A DNA stretch of 64,000 bases from Podospora anserina (Eukaryota), in contig CM030332.1 in assembly GCA_017654855.1 (NCBI GenBank), positions 5,828,001 through 5,892,000 of the forward strand, read 5' to 3'. This document shows, piece by piece, positions 23,869-37,076 of the stretch (position 1 is its first letter; the number at the start of each line of letters is the position of its first letter). A program made the position numbers and the translations under genes. The notes beneath the pieces are model-generated. The model was not told the DNA's origin. It searched no databases and saw only the letters and a program-made list of their open reading frames with translations.

Positions 23869-25292
23869 AACTGATCTACCACTTTATCTCTGTCTACCTC
23901 TAGATGGGGCGCTAACTTTATCTAGCAAGCCCTACATTGAAATACCGCTATTTAGTAGCCTGAGATAACGGTTAGTATTGCTGATGTAGGGAGTGCCCGA
24001 TTACCGCGCCCTCAAAAAACTCCTATGTTTGAAGTGTATTGGTAATTTGCGCTTGACGGAATCTCCTCGCATGGTTTTCTGAAGGGGTAGTTGGCGGGGT
24101 AGCTGGCGGGGTATTTGACGAGGCATTTTTTCTGGAGCGGATTAACGGAGGGGGCACGGTGTTGTCAGGTGATACGGAGGGTAAATTAATATATCGATAG
24201 GATCGATGGTCGAGTCCGTCGGAAAACATGGGGAGCAGAAAGGTGCGACGAGGGAAGGAGGCGGAGGAGAGTAGAAGCCAGCGGAGCGAGCGATGGGGGA
24301 TTTTGTGAAATATCTTGTTAAACTTAGCTACGCCATAAATCATAAGTAGTTAATGTACCGTTATGAAATAGAAGAGCGATTAATGAATTATTTAGTCCGT
24401 CTTGCTATCAAAGGCGAAATGTACTGCGTTAAACCGGTAGAAAAAGCTTTATGCCAATATAAGGTAGAAATGTTTGGCCCAATTGCACGGCCAATGTCGT
24501 CATCTTCGATGGCCATCACGTTGCCGAGGAAGCGGTTGCACGTCTGTAACAGTGGTCACAGCTGCTGTCTGAAATCCCAGAGCAGGTGAGAGTTTTCACG
24601 CGCACATAAGTCCAGCGCTTCGGGTGGATCGGCACCACACAAGGGCGGATCGGGCCAAGCCCGCTGTTATTCACACTACGGGAGGCGAAAGTGGTGTGTG
24701 TCGGACGACCATTTCCCCCTCAACCCTGTCTGTCTTCTTGGTCAGTGAGAACCAATCATGCATGCCACCGCCGTCATAGTGCAATCAGCACAGTAAGCAT
24801 CAACCCACCCCCATACTTCCTAGTTGATGGGCTAAATGTCGTGTTGTGAAGGAAGTAAGCTACCCTGTGTGGTTACCTGCATCGATCTTTCATGCTGCCT
24901 GAAGCTATTGATGCCGAGACCATGCTCAGGCAGAACGAAGAGCGCTAGCTGTCATGACCACGCGCTTCCAAGTTTCAATCTCTCTCGATCCCTCCCTCCA
25001 GCGTATCGGGCCTGGTGCGAGAGGGGGTTTCCGGCTGGTTTTTGAGGGGGGGGCTCTGAAAGTGGAGCTCGAGAGACATGGATGAGACGGGGGCGATGCG
25101 ACTTCGCACAATCCGTGCGGTTATATGTGCATTTCAAGCGGCCTCCTTGTTGAGATGAACAGCACTTCGCCTTATACACCAGAACACCCCCGTGAAAAGC
25201 AACCTCAGTTCTCAGCACCATACCGACTTTTTGGTCATTCCTTCCGAAGCTGGGCTGCTTGTTATCTGCTTTCGGCAACCAGCGACAACAGG

Positions 25293-27166
25293 ATGTCGAC
25301 ATCAGGCGGAATCCTCGATGCTCTCGTGGGACTTTGGTATGGGAGTCCGGTTATCCTGGACAGCCACTTTCTCACACGACTAGCTGTCGCCGTGTTTGTT
25401 ACTCCAATTGTCACCTTGTTTCTTTGGTTGACTGTTTCATGGGCCACATCTCCGCTGCGCGGGTACCCAGGTCCCTTTCTCGCCGGTATGGTTCCTTGTT
25501 GTTTGACAACTTGCCACTTGAGGCATATGTACTGATAATACTGCCACGATCAGGTTACACAAACCTCTGGCGTCTTTACCACGTTAGAACTGGGAAGTAC
25601 CACTTGACCATGAAGAGGCTTCACGACACGTATGGACCAGTGGTGCGCATTGGTCCCAACTTACTGGACCTCGATTACCCCGAGTTATCCAAAGTGTTGT
25701 ATGGCACTGATGGAAAATGGCGCAAGGTTTGTATTCCTACCTACAACGAGGTTATGCCGTCAACTTTACTAACATCGAAACTTCTCAGACCGAGTTCTAC
25801 CACAACAACAGTGCCCTCGTCAATGGGAAAATTACCTACCGTTTGTTGCCTTCAATGCCTGGACGTCCTGCGAGTTGTAACTGACAACACAATAGATATG
25901 TTCAGCACCACCGATCAGACTGAGCACGCTCAAATGAAGCGTCCGATTGTCAAGCATTACTCTCTCGGCAGTGTACTGGCCCTCGAGTCACACATGGACA
26001 ACGTTCTCGGAGAGCTCATGCAACAGCTCGACAATCGTTTTGCCAAAGGCGGTCAGGGGACCTGTGATTTGGGAGAATGGGTTGCATTTTGTCAGTTCCC
26101 CCCTGCCTACCTATCTTTGCATTCTCATCTCCCTTCAATCACACACAGGCAGCTAACTCGTCTTTCCTCTCCAGATGCCTGGGACCTCATCACCTCGGTC
26201 ACCTTCTCCAAATCCTTCGGCTACATGACCCAAGGTCACGACTTTGACAACTCCATCGCCACAGCCGACAAATCCCTCGACTACTTCGCCTCCGTCGGCC
26301 AGATCCCTTGGCTGGACTTCCTCCTCGACAAGAACCCCATCCTCCGCATCGGTCCCCCCAACCTCAGCAACGTCACCAACATCGCCATGACCTCTCTCAT
26401 CGCCCGCATGCAAGGTCAAGACAAGCACTTCAGCCCCAAGGTCCCCGACTACCTCCAACACTTTATTGATTCCAAGAATACCCATCCCGACACCGTCCAC
26501 GACGGCATGGTGTTTGGGTATTTGCTCGTCAACCTCATCGCGGGAGCAGACACGACCGCCATCACTATCCGAGCCATCTTTTACTACGTCTTGAAGAACC
26601 CAGCCGTCTACGCCCGTCTGGTAGGGGAGATTCGTTCAGCGGGGATTGAAAACTCCAACGCCTTTCCTTACTCTCAAGCTCGCCAGCTGCCCTACCTCGA
26701 GGCTGTGGTCAGGGAGGCGCTCCGTGTTCATCCTGCTGTGGCTATGCCGCTTGAGCGTTATGTCCCTGCTGAGGGGTTCACCCTTCCCAACGGCGACTTT
26801 GTTCCTGGCGGGGTCGCCGTTGGTATCAATCCTTATATTGGCAATAGGAACAAGACTGTTTGGGGTTCTGATGCGGACGAGTTTAGGCCTGAGAGGTGGT
26901 TGCGGGATGTCAAAGGTGGGGAGACCGATGAGGAGTATAAAAAGAGAATGCAAAAGTGGAATGCCTGTGACTTGAGCTTTGGGGCTGGGTCGAGGATTTG
27001 TTTGGGGAGGAACTTGGCGTTGGTGGAAACGTATAAGCTTGTGGCTATGATTTTGAATAGGTACGAGGTTGGGCTGGTGGACAATGAGAAGGAGTGGGAG
27101 ACGGTGAATAGTTGGTTTTGGAGGCAGAAAGGGGTGGAGGTTAGGCTTAGGGGGATAAAGTCCTAG
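25293..27166 (+). CDS. Cytochrome P450 monooxygenase (multi-exon)
   Basis: N-terminal TM and PGPFLA, I-helix AGADTT, EALR, PERW, heme motif FGAGSRICLG. GT-AG introns near 25485, 25727, 25841 and 26091. Confidence 0.93.
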
Positions 27167-27431
27167 GTCCGAGCATAATTGTGGTTCTTTGAGAGTGAGG
27201 TTCTCCAGGTCAATGCCCGTAGCAGCGAAGCCCGAGATAAGGGTGTAAGATAGTCCGCAATCTTATCTATTTATCTTCTGCAGAGAATTTGGTTGCTTCA
27301 TTTCTATGCTGGAGCTCAATATTAAAAACAGAAGCCTTTAAGGGAACGGCCGCCAGCCGCCGGTGAGAGTGTCGTGTTTAACCTTGAGTGGGCGTCTCGA
27401 CGGTGTGGTGTGATCATGCTTACCTCGTGAG

Positions 27432-27550
27432 ATGACGTTCAGAAGTGGGGAATTGCGGCGTCTACATGCAAGGATGTCTACATGCGGCTCTTGCATTAGC
27501 GTGCAATTTTTACGGCCAGTGCACCCACCCAGCCTTCATTTTTCCGCCCG
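27432..27550. repeat. Diverged direct repeat of about 28761-28935
   Basis: Shared atgac.ttcagaagtggg..ttgcggcgt...ctcttgcattagcg...tttacggcca and ccagccttcattttt blocks. Confidence 0.7.
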
Positions 27551-29778
27551 CTTTTTCGCTTACCTCGCCCACTTGTCGCTTTCCTCGCCCGTTTGTCGCT
27601 TTCTTCACCTGGGTTTCTCGCCTGGTTTTTCACGCTACTTAGATATGGACAAGCTCCGCGCCGCTGCCAATACGTTTCTGGATTGTTTGTGGGCTAGAGA
27701 CATCGCCTCTGACATCGTGTCCGAAAAGAAATTTATCTAAAAGCTTTCGATACGCGAGATGTGACAAGGGCCGAGATATCAGAGCTTGGAACAGTGGTTC
27801 AATTCAGCTAATGATCTTTTAGTGGCCTCAAGATCCTTGATGGGGATTCTTTTCGGCTGATCAGTCTGTCGCGTTCCACGCGTATTTATCCTTCTTCTGG
27901 TGGCCTGTGCCCTAAGGGTCTTAGGCGCCCGCCAAGGCCTATCTCTTTGTTTGAATACAAGCTAATGATATGGCGGAGATTTTGAGGTCCGCCAGAGGAA
28001 ACTAGGATGATCTTAGATTCGCCGACGGTTCCCGCAAGTACCAAGGTCGCCTGGTTCACCACTGGTTTCGCCTCATTATACCCCAACAACTGGAACACTT
28101 CGTTCCCTATTGTGTTCCGAAGCGCATTCGTACAACACCCCTGTATTCCGCCTCCTCTGTCGAGGAATATTCGCCGGTCCGGAGTTTCTATCTGCCACAC
28201 GCAATGGGGAGGAGCTAAAGTTGCCGCAACGGGCCGACGACCCCTGCCAACCTATCAAAGTCGAAGCAAGGCCTGGCATTCTGTCGTCGAGCATGCCTAT
28301 CGTAATCTCAGCCTCAAAACTAGCGTTGTGTGGCTCCGATAACAAGGAGATTGCCAGATCAATAACCGTTACACCATCGTCGCGAGTAACTGTCTTCATC
28401 GACTCTAGAAGCTCAGACGGGAAGACCTTACGCGCCTGTTCTAATGGAGGATTGGCAAAAATACTGGTCTTGCATTCGGTCTGGTTCGAAGGCAATGTTG
28501 CCCTGTCGAAGCTCTTAAGATGCTTGAGTAGTTACGCATGAAGACGACCCATTCGTTAAGGAAAGGTCTGGTGCGGTCTCGACAGCTAGACACTCCTCAA
28601 CTATATCCTCAGTTCCTATATTATACCACGGCAAAAGTCGGGGTTGTGGTTGCAGATTCCTAAACTTTCAACACCAGGATGCCGAAGCAAGCCTTGAATC
28701 AAGTTTGTTGCTCCGGCCCAGAAACTACATCGTTATTATCAGATTCACGCTCATCATGATATGACATTCAGAAGTGGGTATTGCGGCGTGTATAGGCAAG
28801 GGTGTTTACATGCAGCTCTTGCATTAGCGCACATTTTACGGCCACCTCTCTGCAAACCCGTGCGTTTAGTTGCCAAGCCATTAGCGTATAATACAGTGTA
28901 TTTCTGCGGTCCAGCCTTCATTTTTCAGCCCGCTTCCTTACCCGTTTATTGATTTTATCGATTTCCTCTCTGATTTCCTCTCATCATTACTTGTCACTGT
29001 GAGCTAGTAAATCAGGAAATTACTTGAAGAACTTGATGAGGTTTATTGTCTGTCTGATAGGTCATGTTTCCCAGCCAAAGTATCCTGCGTCTCCGGCTCT
29101 CGTAATGGGAGTCGTTTCCAAAAGACGAAATGCAGAACTTGTGTATCTGCCAGCCCATCGGCCACCATCAGGTTTCCAATAGCCATAGCTGCTGACCTCC
29201 ATCTCTCAAGACCGATAAAATACGGGCCTGCCCCGAGGGTTAGAAGCTTAGCACATGTGTCCTACGGGTGCTCAGGTTAATATTGAATGCCAAGCTCATA
29301 ACGAAAGGCAAAAACCTACGCGGGAACTCCATTCTCGCTAGGCTTAAACTTTGCCTGTGCCCTTGTAAGCGGTGCAAATGAAGCCTCCTGAAGTGCCCTC
29401 GCCATTGCAGTCTTCACACTTAGCCATTTACACCGCGAAATGTTGGTGACGGTCAGAACGAAGTTAGCTGAAACGAACTTGCCGACGACTGAGAAAATCG
29501 CTCGACTTGTGCCGACGTTTTGTCTGTTGGTGAGGAAATGCTGTCAGAAAGATACCGCAACAAAATGGGTGTCAGGACTGTATCTGCCTGCCACGTCACT
29601 CACGGCTAATGCCGGCTGATTTTGCCACCCGGCTTGCCTTCAGGGAATTGGCTGGCCATGTGGGGTAGAATCACTGCCACTGGAACAACTTGGACATGCC
29701 AACCATTTTACCAACTCTCTCGCAAGATGTCGGACGAGCATTTGCAACACCTACCTGTTCAAGACTCCTCCTTAAATC

Positions 29779-31000
29779 TTGCTAAAGAACCTATCGAAAG
29801 TCTGTACAAGAGCGTCACCGCCAAAAAATCTTTGCTCAAGCAGCTCGTCTTTTTTCAGTGCCATTGACGAGAAAGCTGCGAAAATCCTTGCGGATGCACT
29901 TGCGCGTTACCCAAACAATGTGTCGCTTTCGAAAAAAGATTTCAGTCGGGTCTACAAATTCCTTGAAATGGTATTTATTCCGGGTGTCCTCGGAGATACC
30001 ACAAAGAGACGTTGCTTCCAACAGCTGAAGCATGAAATACTCCCTGCCGTCGGGGTCCTCCTTAAATCGAACGATATCGCCGACAACGCTACGAGGTAAC
30101 GACAAGGAAGAAGTTGTCGGGCCGTAACCAGCCCAGCGCCTCCTTGATAAGCTTGGGGTCAAACCTGCGGAGTTTAGAATACCCCGACACCAGATGCTCG
30201 CGCGGAATGGGCTTTTGCATCCTTTGGCTAACCGAGCTCGCAAACCGGTAAGCTCGCAGCCTAGCGGAAGAGTCCGGACTGGGTACGTTTGCCCATTGTA
30301 CCACTAAACTCTGGAATGAGTACGAGGAGGGGGTCTCAGCTGTTTCTCGGATTGTCCATAAGTCGACAAGCTCCAGGCACTTACTCAAGCGTACCTTTAC
30401 TCCTGCCGGTATCCTGAACTTTCTCAGCTCGTTGACTTCAAAAGCCACCGAGAGGAAATCATGGATCCCTGGCTTGGTAAAAGAGCAGACGAAATTCTTC
30501 GGGCATGGGATGCTGCTGATTCGCGTAGAATATCAGATTTGGTCTTCATCTTCGTAGTGGGTGGACCTGGAGTCGGGAAGGGGACTCAGTGCGAACGAGC
30601 CGCGCGGCATTTCGGCTTGAAACACATCTCTGTTGGTGATCTGCTGCGCCGCGAAGAGAGTCTGCCCAACTCCCTATACAGGAACTTCATTAGAAAAAGC
30701 TTCCGCGAAGGCTTGCCAGTCCCGCCAGGATTGGTTATAAAACTCCTCAGTGTGGAACTTCAAGAATTAGGTGCAGATAGAAACCGTATGCGTGGGATGA
30801 TTCTCGATGGGTTTCCACTCAGCGAAGACCAGCTTCAGGCATTTGAAGAAGAGGTACGCCGATGCTTGGCTTTAAATCCAGTGAGGTACCTGGCCATAGA
30901 AACTGCTAGAAAAGTGACCTCAGATTTGGTATTGCGTATGTGGCTGCGGAGGATCAACATTGATTTGTGGGGCAAGTCGAGCGCTAACATTTATTACCCT
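29779..31000 (+). pseudogene. Degenerate HD-hydrolase-like plus adenylate/UMP-CMP kinase fusion
   Basis: Kinase motifs GGPGVGKGTQC, HISVGDLLR and ILDGFP in ORF 30461. Upstream, LWNEYEEG...IVH /frameshift/ VDKLQALTQAYLY leads in frame into the kinase ORF and resembles the C-terminus of HDDC2/YfbR-type HD domains. Confidence 0.6.
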
Positions 31001-31286
31001 GGCATAGGTGTATCTCCTGGCGAATGCCCCACTCGAGCGGCAAACTCGCGAACGCCAGCCGGCGAGGCTGCAAGACGAAAATTGTGGTGGGAGCCGCAGA
31101 CGATGCAGCACTTCACTGGTTGAAGCGATCTTGCTAACTGGTTAGCGGATTTAAAAATGGTCGGAACTAGCTAATGCTGTGCAACACACAAGCATCACCG
31201 GGGACGCGCTTGTGAGTATAATCTCGTCCCCCTGCTGTGCGGTCCCAGCTAATAGAATACTCCTGTCGGGACACGGCCATACCGTC

Positions 31287-33066
31287 ACTTACTTGCTGAA
31301 AACCTCTACCAAAACGCTCGCGATTGACCGAAAGCTCTGGAAATATATACATTGTAGTACCGTTTGACCTCGATGAATTTCTCGGCGGTAGCATCTCTGC
31401 GGTCTCCTACTACGCCTATCCGGTGCCTCAACTGCACCACGTACAGAAATTGTTGTACCGGTATTACTCAAGAGAACCTTCAATGTAGGAATTTACCTCC
31501 TGTGTTCCCAGAAACCGTCCTGACACTACTTTTAGGCGATGAGTGTAAAGATCAGGAGCTCCATTGCTTTTTACCGCTACCGTCCAGCTTTCACAGCACC
31601 TTCTCGGCCTCCGACATAGACAGAGATAAAGACAACTCGCTCTGGACATATCACTATATATTCTTTCTAAAGCTTACGCCCCCTGGCCCCGGCAAGCGAG
31701 CGCTGCTCGATGCGGTGTATCGTGCTTGCCAAGGTTGTCTCGTCACACTCTACGCGATACTATCCTTATCATAGATATTGCTAACGAAGTGAGCTTTGTT
31801 AAGCTGGTAGAAAGCCATCTGTTGTATGCTTGAACCAGTTACACGGCCAATACAGAGCCCAGCGTGCCTTAAGCTCTAGACGCCAGATTTGTTCCAAAAA
31901 TGCTAACACGCCTATGGCGTCCCTGAACTGCGTGTGTTTGATGATTTCCAGGATAACCCCTTTTATACGTTCTTGGCCAGGCTCCTCCCGACATGCAAAA
32001 CCAACAATGAAGCATGGGAAAAGTAGAAGAAAATAGTTGTCGTCGGGTCCGGAGGCCAACTGATCTAGCAGCTTGAACACAGATGATAGCTGATGTGGCT
32101 GCGAACAGAGTTGAGCAACATGTATGTCGAGTGCCTCACGGTATAGCTGAAGTTTAGGGCTTAGGTTGGGCCTGGCCTTTGAGTGAAAAATGTCCTTCCA
32201 GGCGTAGTAGCATGCCGCATCCAGCGGTCCCTCCCGAATTTCACGGACCAATGGGAGAAACTTCATACATTCCTCGTCAAGAATAGACGTCGGCGGCAAG
32301 CTGCGGAAGCTTGAAAAATTCACATCTATTGTGGTGCGATCGGCAAAGTTACAGATACGCACATAGCGCAGCGTGAACTCAAAGATAGATGGCGGTATGC
32401 ATTCTGCGTTACGCAGCTTATGCCAGAGGTTCGAGAGATGCTGTAGTGGATTTCTCCCTTCCATCATCGACCGAACAAGGCTAGAAAATGGGATCCAAAT
32501 GGTCCCAGCGCCATTGTATGCTTGTGCTTGAGCATGAAAAAAAGCGCTTCTCGCAACCAGATCCTTGTTGTCGGAGTGTGGACATAAGGATAGTATCGCG
32601 TAGAGTGTGACGAGACAACCTTGACAAGCACGATACACCGCATCGAGCAGCGCTCGCTTGCCGGGGCCAGGGGGCGTAAGCTTTAGAAAGAATATATAGT
32701 GATATGTCCAGAGCGAGTTGTCTTTATCTCTGTCTATGTCGGAGGCCGAGAAGGTGCTGTGAAAGCTGGACGGTAGCGGTAAAAAGCAATGGAGCTCCTG
32801 ATCTTTACACTCATCGCCTAAAAGTAGTGTCAGGACGGTTTCTGGGAACACAGGAGGTAAATTCCTACATTGAAGGTTCTCTTGAGTAATACCGGTACAA
32901 CAATTTCTGTACGTGGTGCAGTTGAGGCACCGGATAGGCGTAGTAGGAGACCGCAGAGATGCTACCGCCGAGAAATTCATCGAGGTCAAACGGTACTACA
33001 ATGTATATATTTCCAGAGCTTTCGGTCAATCGCGAGCGTTTTGGTAGAGGTTTTCAGCAAGTAAGT
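31287..33066. repeat. 483-bp near-perfect inverted repeat (arms 31287-31769 and 32584-33066, 814-bp spacer)
   Basis: Arms are reverse complements; only one mismatch was noticed (ttgccaagg vs ttgtcaagg). Identical N-terminal translations appear on opposite strands in the ORF track. Confidence 0.95.
31799..32980 (-). CDS. Fungal transcription-factor-like protein, paralog of 18179-19440
   Basis: CLNCTTYRNCCTG, SLWTYHY..F..LTPPGP, LLFPCFIVGFAC...FLEQIW. Collinear similarity to the 18-kb gene over its length. Confidence 0.7.
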   Translation of the reverse strand: MNFSAVASLRSPTTPIRCLNCTTYRNCCTGITQENLQCRNLPPVFPETVLTLLLGDECKDQELHCFLPLPSSFHSTFSASDIDRDKDNSLWTYHYIFFLKLTPPGPGKRALLDAVYRACQGCLVTLYAILSLCPHSDNKDLVARSAFFHAQAQAYNGAGTIWIPFSSLVRSMMEGRNPLQHLSNLWHKLRNAECIPPSIFEFTLRYVRICNFADRTTIDVNFSSFRSLPPTSILDEECMKFLPLVREIREGPLDAACYYAWKDIFHSKARPNLSPKLQLYREALDIHVAQLCSQPHQLSSVFKLLDQLASGPDDNYFLLLFPCFIVGFACREEPGQERIKGVILEIIKHTQFRDAIGVLAFLEQIWRLELKARWALYWPCNWFKHTTDGFLPA

Positions 33067-33068
33067 AC

Positions 33069-33294
33069 GCTGCCCCGAATGCAGCCCATGTCAGCCAATT
33101 GAAAAAAAGCTGCCCACATCCTGCTGCCTGAATGGAAGGGCTCTGCATTGAACCGGGAAAAGTGTCACCGCCGTGGTAAGCGAGAATTTTCCCTACCTTG
33201 TTAGTCGTCGCATTTAATCTCACCTACCCGGGCCGTCGAATCCTGCCCACCCCCGCTTGTAACTTCGAATCTCGCTATCCTACCAGGGCGACCT
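33069..33294. repeat. About 225-bp direct repeat of 52588-52812
   Basis: Near-identical cagcccatgtcagccaattg...cgctatcctaccagggcgacct. It begins 2 bp after the inverted-repeat arm. Confidence 0.9.
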
Positions 33295-33997
33295 TTGCTT
33301 TGACACTCTCCGGAAAGCGGGTTTGCCTTCAAACGACAGCTTGCATAGACACACAGATACAAGCCCATCTCAAGGATTGGCACTCGGCCTTGGAACCAGA
33401 TCACATCAAGGCATACAGCACCAAAGACTGTTATCTTGAAAGATGCTTTGTCACTGGGGACCTCCTTCACTAAAATTAGCAAGAGTTGGGTTGTGGCACG
33501 GCCACAAATCTCATTTCTACTAGATAGGCAAGACCAAGATAGCACAGATGTGTGACATATGACAGACATGCCCCCTGCACAGAGTAGCCAGCATGATACC
33601 CACCAGCCACAGAACCCCTGCGCCATCGAGGACACCGAGGACCCCGAGGACCTGGTTAAACTTGCCCGGCTCACTCTCCTCCTCCTGCGACACCTTGGCG
33701 GATGTTGATCAGCTCAACGAGCTGAGAGCCGGTACGAACAGGGATGGAAACCGGTATTATTCTTCCTTCCAAATTTCTTCTTCGATAATCTTTCGCTACA
33801 TCAAAGTCGAGACTTTTCTTGCAGACGGAAATGGGTCCGAAAACTCTACCCCTGAGAAATATATCTGTCCCTTGAAGTCCGAGCCCACGGCGCCTTTGAG
33901 AAAGAAGAGAGCACCTAAACTTCTTCACGATAAACACTTCTTGAAGGCACTCTGCTCCAGCTATCGACTCAAGACTCACAACAGCAACTCTCCAATC

Positions 33998-35250
33998 ATG
34001 ACCTTCGGAGGTGACGGCCCATGGGCGGTCTCCGTCATGTGGATAGTCACAGCTTTGACTTTCGTCTTTGTGCTACTCCGCATCTACACTAGAGCCTATG
34101 TGGTGGAAAGCTACGGCCTCGATGACCACGTCTACAACTTCGCCTTTGTGAGCCTCTCTCCCTGAGTAAAGGCCCCAGAATGCCATGGTAACTGACTGTC
34201 AACACAGGTCCTCCTACTATGCTACACCATCATGACGACCATTGCGGCCCAGCACGGCTTCGGCCAAAACATGTTCGACATAGCAGACGTCAAAGACCTC
34301 GTCAAAGCCATCTTGTTCGAAGCCATCGGCCAGACGTTTGCCGTGGTGGGCATGGCTGTGGCAAAGTGGTCACTGGGCCTCTTCTTGCTGCGTCTTGTCA
34401 CCCAAACGTGGCACAAGGTAGTTATCTGGATTACGATGGGGAGTCTGATGGCGGCGTCCATCTCTGTCTGCTTTGTATTTTGGCTGCAGTGCTCTCCGCC
34501 GGCGTACCTGTACGACAGACGGATTCCAGGGGGTTATTGCTACATCAACACTACGCCGGTGTCTTTTACCTTGTGCAGTATGTCCTAGTGTCCTAGCAGT
34601 GCACCTTCGTCTTGAGCTTTTGACTGACCTGACCTTAACAGTCCTCTGCGTCTTCGCCGACTTCTTCTTCGCCATTTTCCCTTGGGTGTTCCTATGGAAC
34701 CTTCAAATGAACCAACGCGAGAAAATCGTCATCGCAGCTAGCATGAGCCTTGGTTTGATAGCCGGTGCATGCGGTATTAAGAGAACTATTGAAGTTCCCA
34801 ACCTGTCAAGTGAGAACTATACCAGTAAGCCACCACCTACCTCTACTTGCCTCGTACACTTCGGAGCTCGCTAACAATTCCTAACCAGAGGACACAGTCG
34901 GCCTGATTGTCTGGTCCGCCGCTGAAATTGCCATTACCATGATCTGCATCGGCGTCCCCGTCGTCCGCCCGCTCTACAAAGGCTTCATCAACAAGCTCAT
35001 CTCCCGCGCGACCCGGTCTACCTCCGGATACAAGAAGCAAGCGCCCGGCCCTCGATACGGACTCAAGACCTTCGGCGGGAGCACAATGCCTGGAGCCAGC
35101 CGGGAGGGTGACGAATATTCTAAGGCTGCCACGATTGGTGCGAGGAGTATGCCGGATAATAGGAGTGATGAAAATATTTTGGGCGAGGGGTACCGTGTCG
35201 AGGTGGATACGGATGATGCGGAGGATGGAGGGGGGAGAGGGAGTATCTAG
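33998..35250 (+). CDS. PTH11-like (fungal rhodopsin-domain) integral membrane protein, multi-exon
   Basis: VLLRIYTR...GLDDH, HGFGQN, AKWSLGLFLLRL, FWLQCSP, ADFFFAIFPW, WSAAEIAITMIC motifs across GT-AG introns. Confidence 0.85.
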
Positions 35251-35779
35251 GTTATGAATACTTGGACGGTTGATCGGTCGTCGCCGGCTGGGTAGAGGGG
35301 GAGGTACTGATTTTTCGGTCTGCCACGGAGGTGAACACACACATACCGAGACCACACTGCTGTCTCGCATGTAAGTGTCGAAGGAGTCCGTGACCGCTCC
35401 ATCAACCGTCATCAAGATGTCGCCCTCGCGGATGTCGCAGTTCGAAAGAACTCTTTCTGCAACGAGCACATGATGGAGTTGATGCTGCCAAATTACACCG
35501 ATATCCGGCTTTTTACCTAACCTTCGCATAATACTGAAAGCGCTGGGCGAGATGACCCAGGTGTAGGCTGCAGGGTAAAGCCATCGTTGGTATCCCGATT
35601 CTGCCAGGATGTGTAAATAGTGCACTTTTGCAAAAGCGATGGCGTTGAATACTGCCCCACAGTGCGAAAGCCACGACCTGGTTTCTCATCCCTCCCCCAT
35701 GGTTACATACATTCAATGCATCGCTTGGTGAGGCTTCCATGTTTGCAGGCAAACCAGCTAATAGGAGGACAATAATATC

Positions 35780-35990
35780 CTCAGTGTGGTGCACTCCCTT
35801 CGAGCCGATGACAACGGACGGTTGTCTATTCAAGAACGAAAAGAGAGGCGTATTGCTACTCCTCTACGTCGACGATTTTATTCTCGCCGCCCGAATCAAC
35901 AACGACATCGACTGTGTGGCCGATGAGATCTCTAAACTCTACGAGTTGAAGCGTATGGGACAGACGAAGACGTTTCTGGGCTACAATATG
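35780..35990 (+). mobile_element. Ty1/copia reverse transcriptase fragment
   Basis: DGCLFKN...LLLLYVDDFILAA...YELKRMG...FLGY. No LTRs or other domains nearby. Confidence 0.7.
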
Positions 35991-36543
35991 ATACCAGATC
36001 TGTCGTAAGTCATAGCTACAAACTAGAATTTAGTCGCACACATAGAAAGACGACCTGATATTTACGTTGGTAGAAGAGGTCTATCAGTTGGTACAAGAGA
36101 TATGGTAGCAGAGGGCATCGATGTTGTGTGGCGGCAGAATTGTACAGATACTTTCACTCAATCTCTGACAGCGGCGGACAAATGTCACGCAATCATGGCG
36201 TAGGCAGTAGTGACAATAATAAGCCCAAGTCAACACGTTTTTATTTTCAATGATCCGGGTGATGTGCCTAGCTGTTGGGGGAATGGGAACGGCTGAGGAC
36301 GAGGTGGTAACCTTAAAAGCTTGGGGTTGGAGCCATGGCTTACAGTGCGAATAGAAGTTCACTGCAGCCACGTCAGCCGGGTTGCAGCCAAAGCCGAGAT
36401 GGAGCGAGATAGGGGGGGGAGGAGGTGACGAGTTGGGCCACACATCCGTGCTGTGAGCCCAAATTCGATGACTGCGAACTGGCTGTCCAGGCCGCCTTGC
36501 AACCTTGCAGTTTCCACTTCCTTGTCTTCTTTTCAGCTAGGGA

Positions 36544-36644
36544 GATGATGACGAGTCCGAGTGGGATAGCAATGGCTGTAAGGCTGATCCCCTTGGAATT
36601 CGGATGGAGGTACGGAAGGAAGTCGGCGAGCTCGGCGGATGGTA
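36544..36644. repeat. 101-bp copy of ABC-pseudogene sequence 47574-47674
   Basis: Identical except ggctgtaagg vs ggctataagg. Confidence 0.9.
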
Positions 36645-37030
36645 TGTAGGGTCCAGTCGCAAGCGTGATCGTCCTAGCCATACCGTCTCGATGATACGAA
36701 AGGCAGGCTTCATCGTTCCAGGGCAAATTTAAAGCTGCACGCCAATGCCTCGAGCCACTTTCCAGCTAGCACCCCTGCCTAGGGTGCAGTTCTCATCTCG
36801 GCTACATCTTATCGCTGTGTATACTGAACTTGGCTTCTGAGAGAAGGCGCAAGCCGTGGCAAATACGATGGAGGTTGTGACGGAGCGGCAGCGTCGGCTC
36901 CAACGATGGTTGCCAGGGAGACCCCGTTTCCCGTGCTGTAGCCAAGCATTGATAAGAAGGTAAATTTAAGAGCGCAACTATTTTAAAGCTTTGCCTCGAC
37001 TCCAACTTTCCTCCGTGCTCCCGCCACTTT

Positions 37031-37036
37031 CACACA

Positions 37037-37076
<40 letters not shown>

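Noticed and set aside
25259-27166. 635-aa single-exon P450 ORF
   Set aside because: The frame runs through introns by chance; the real gene is spliced and starts near 25293.
35370-35740. Possible PDZ/Nma111-like protease fragment (IREGDILMTVDG)
   Set aside because: Too short and degenerate to support without a search.
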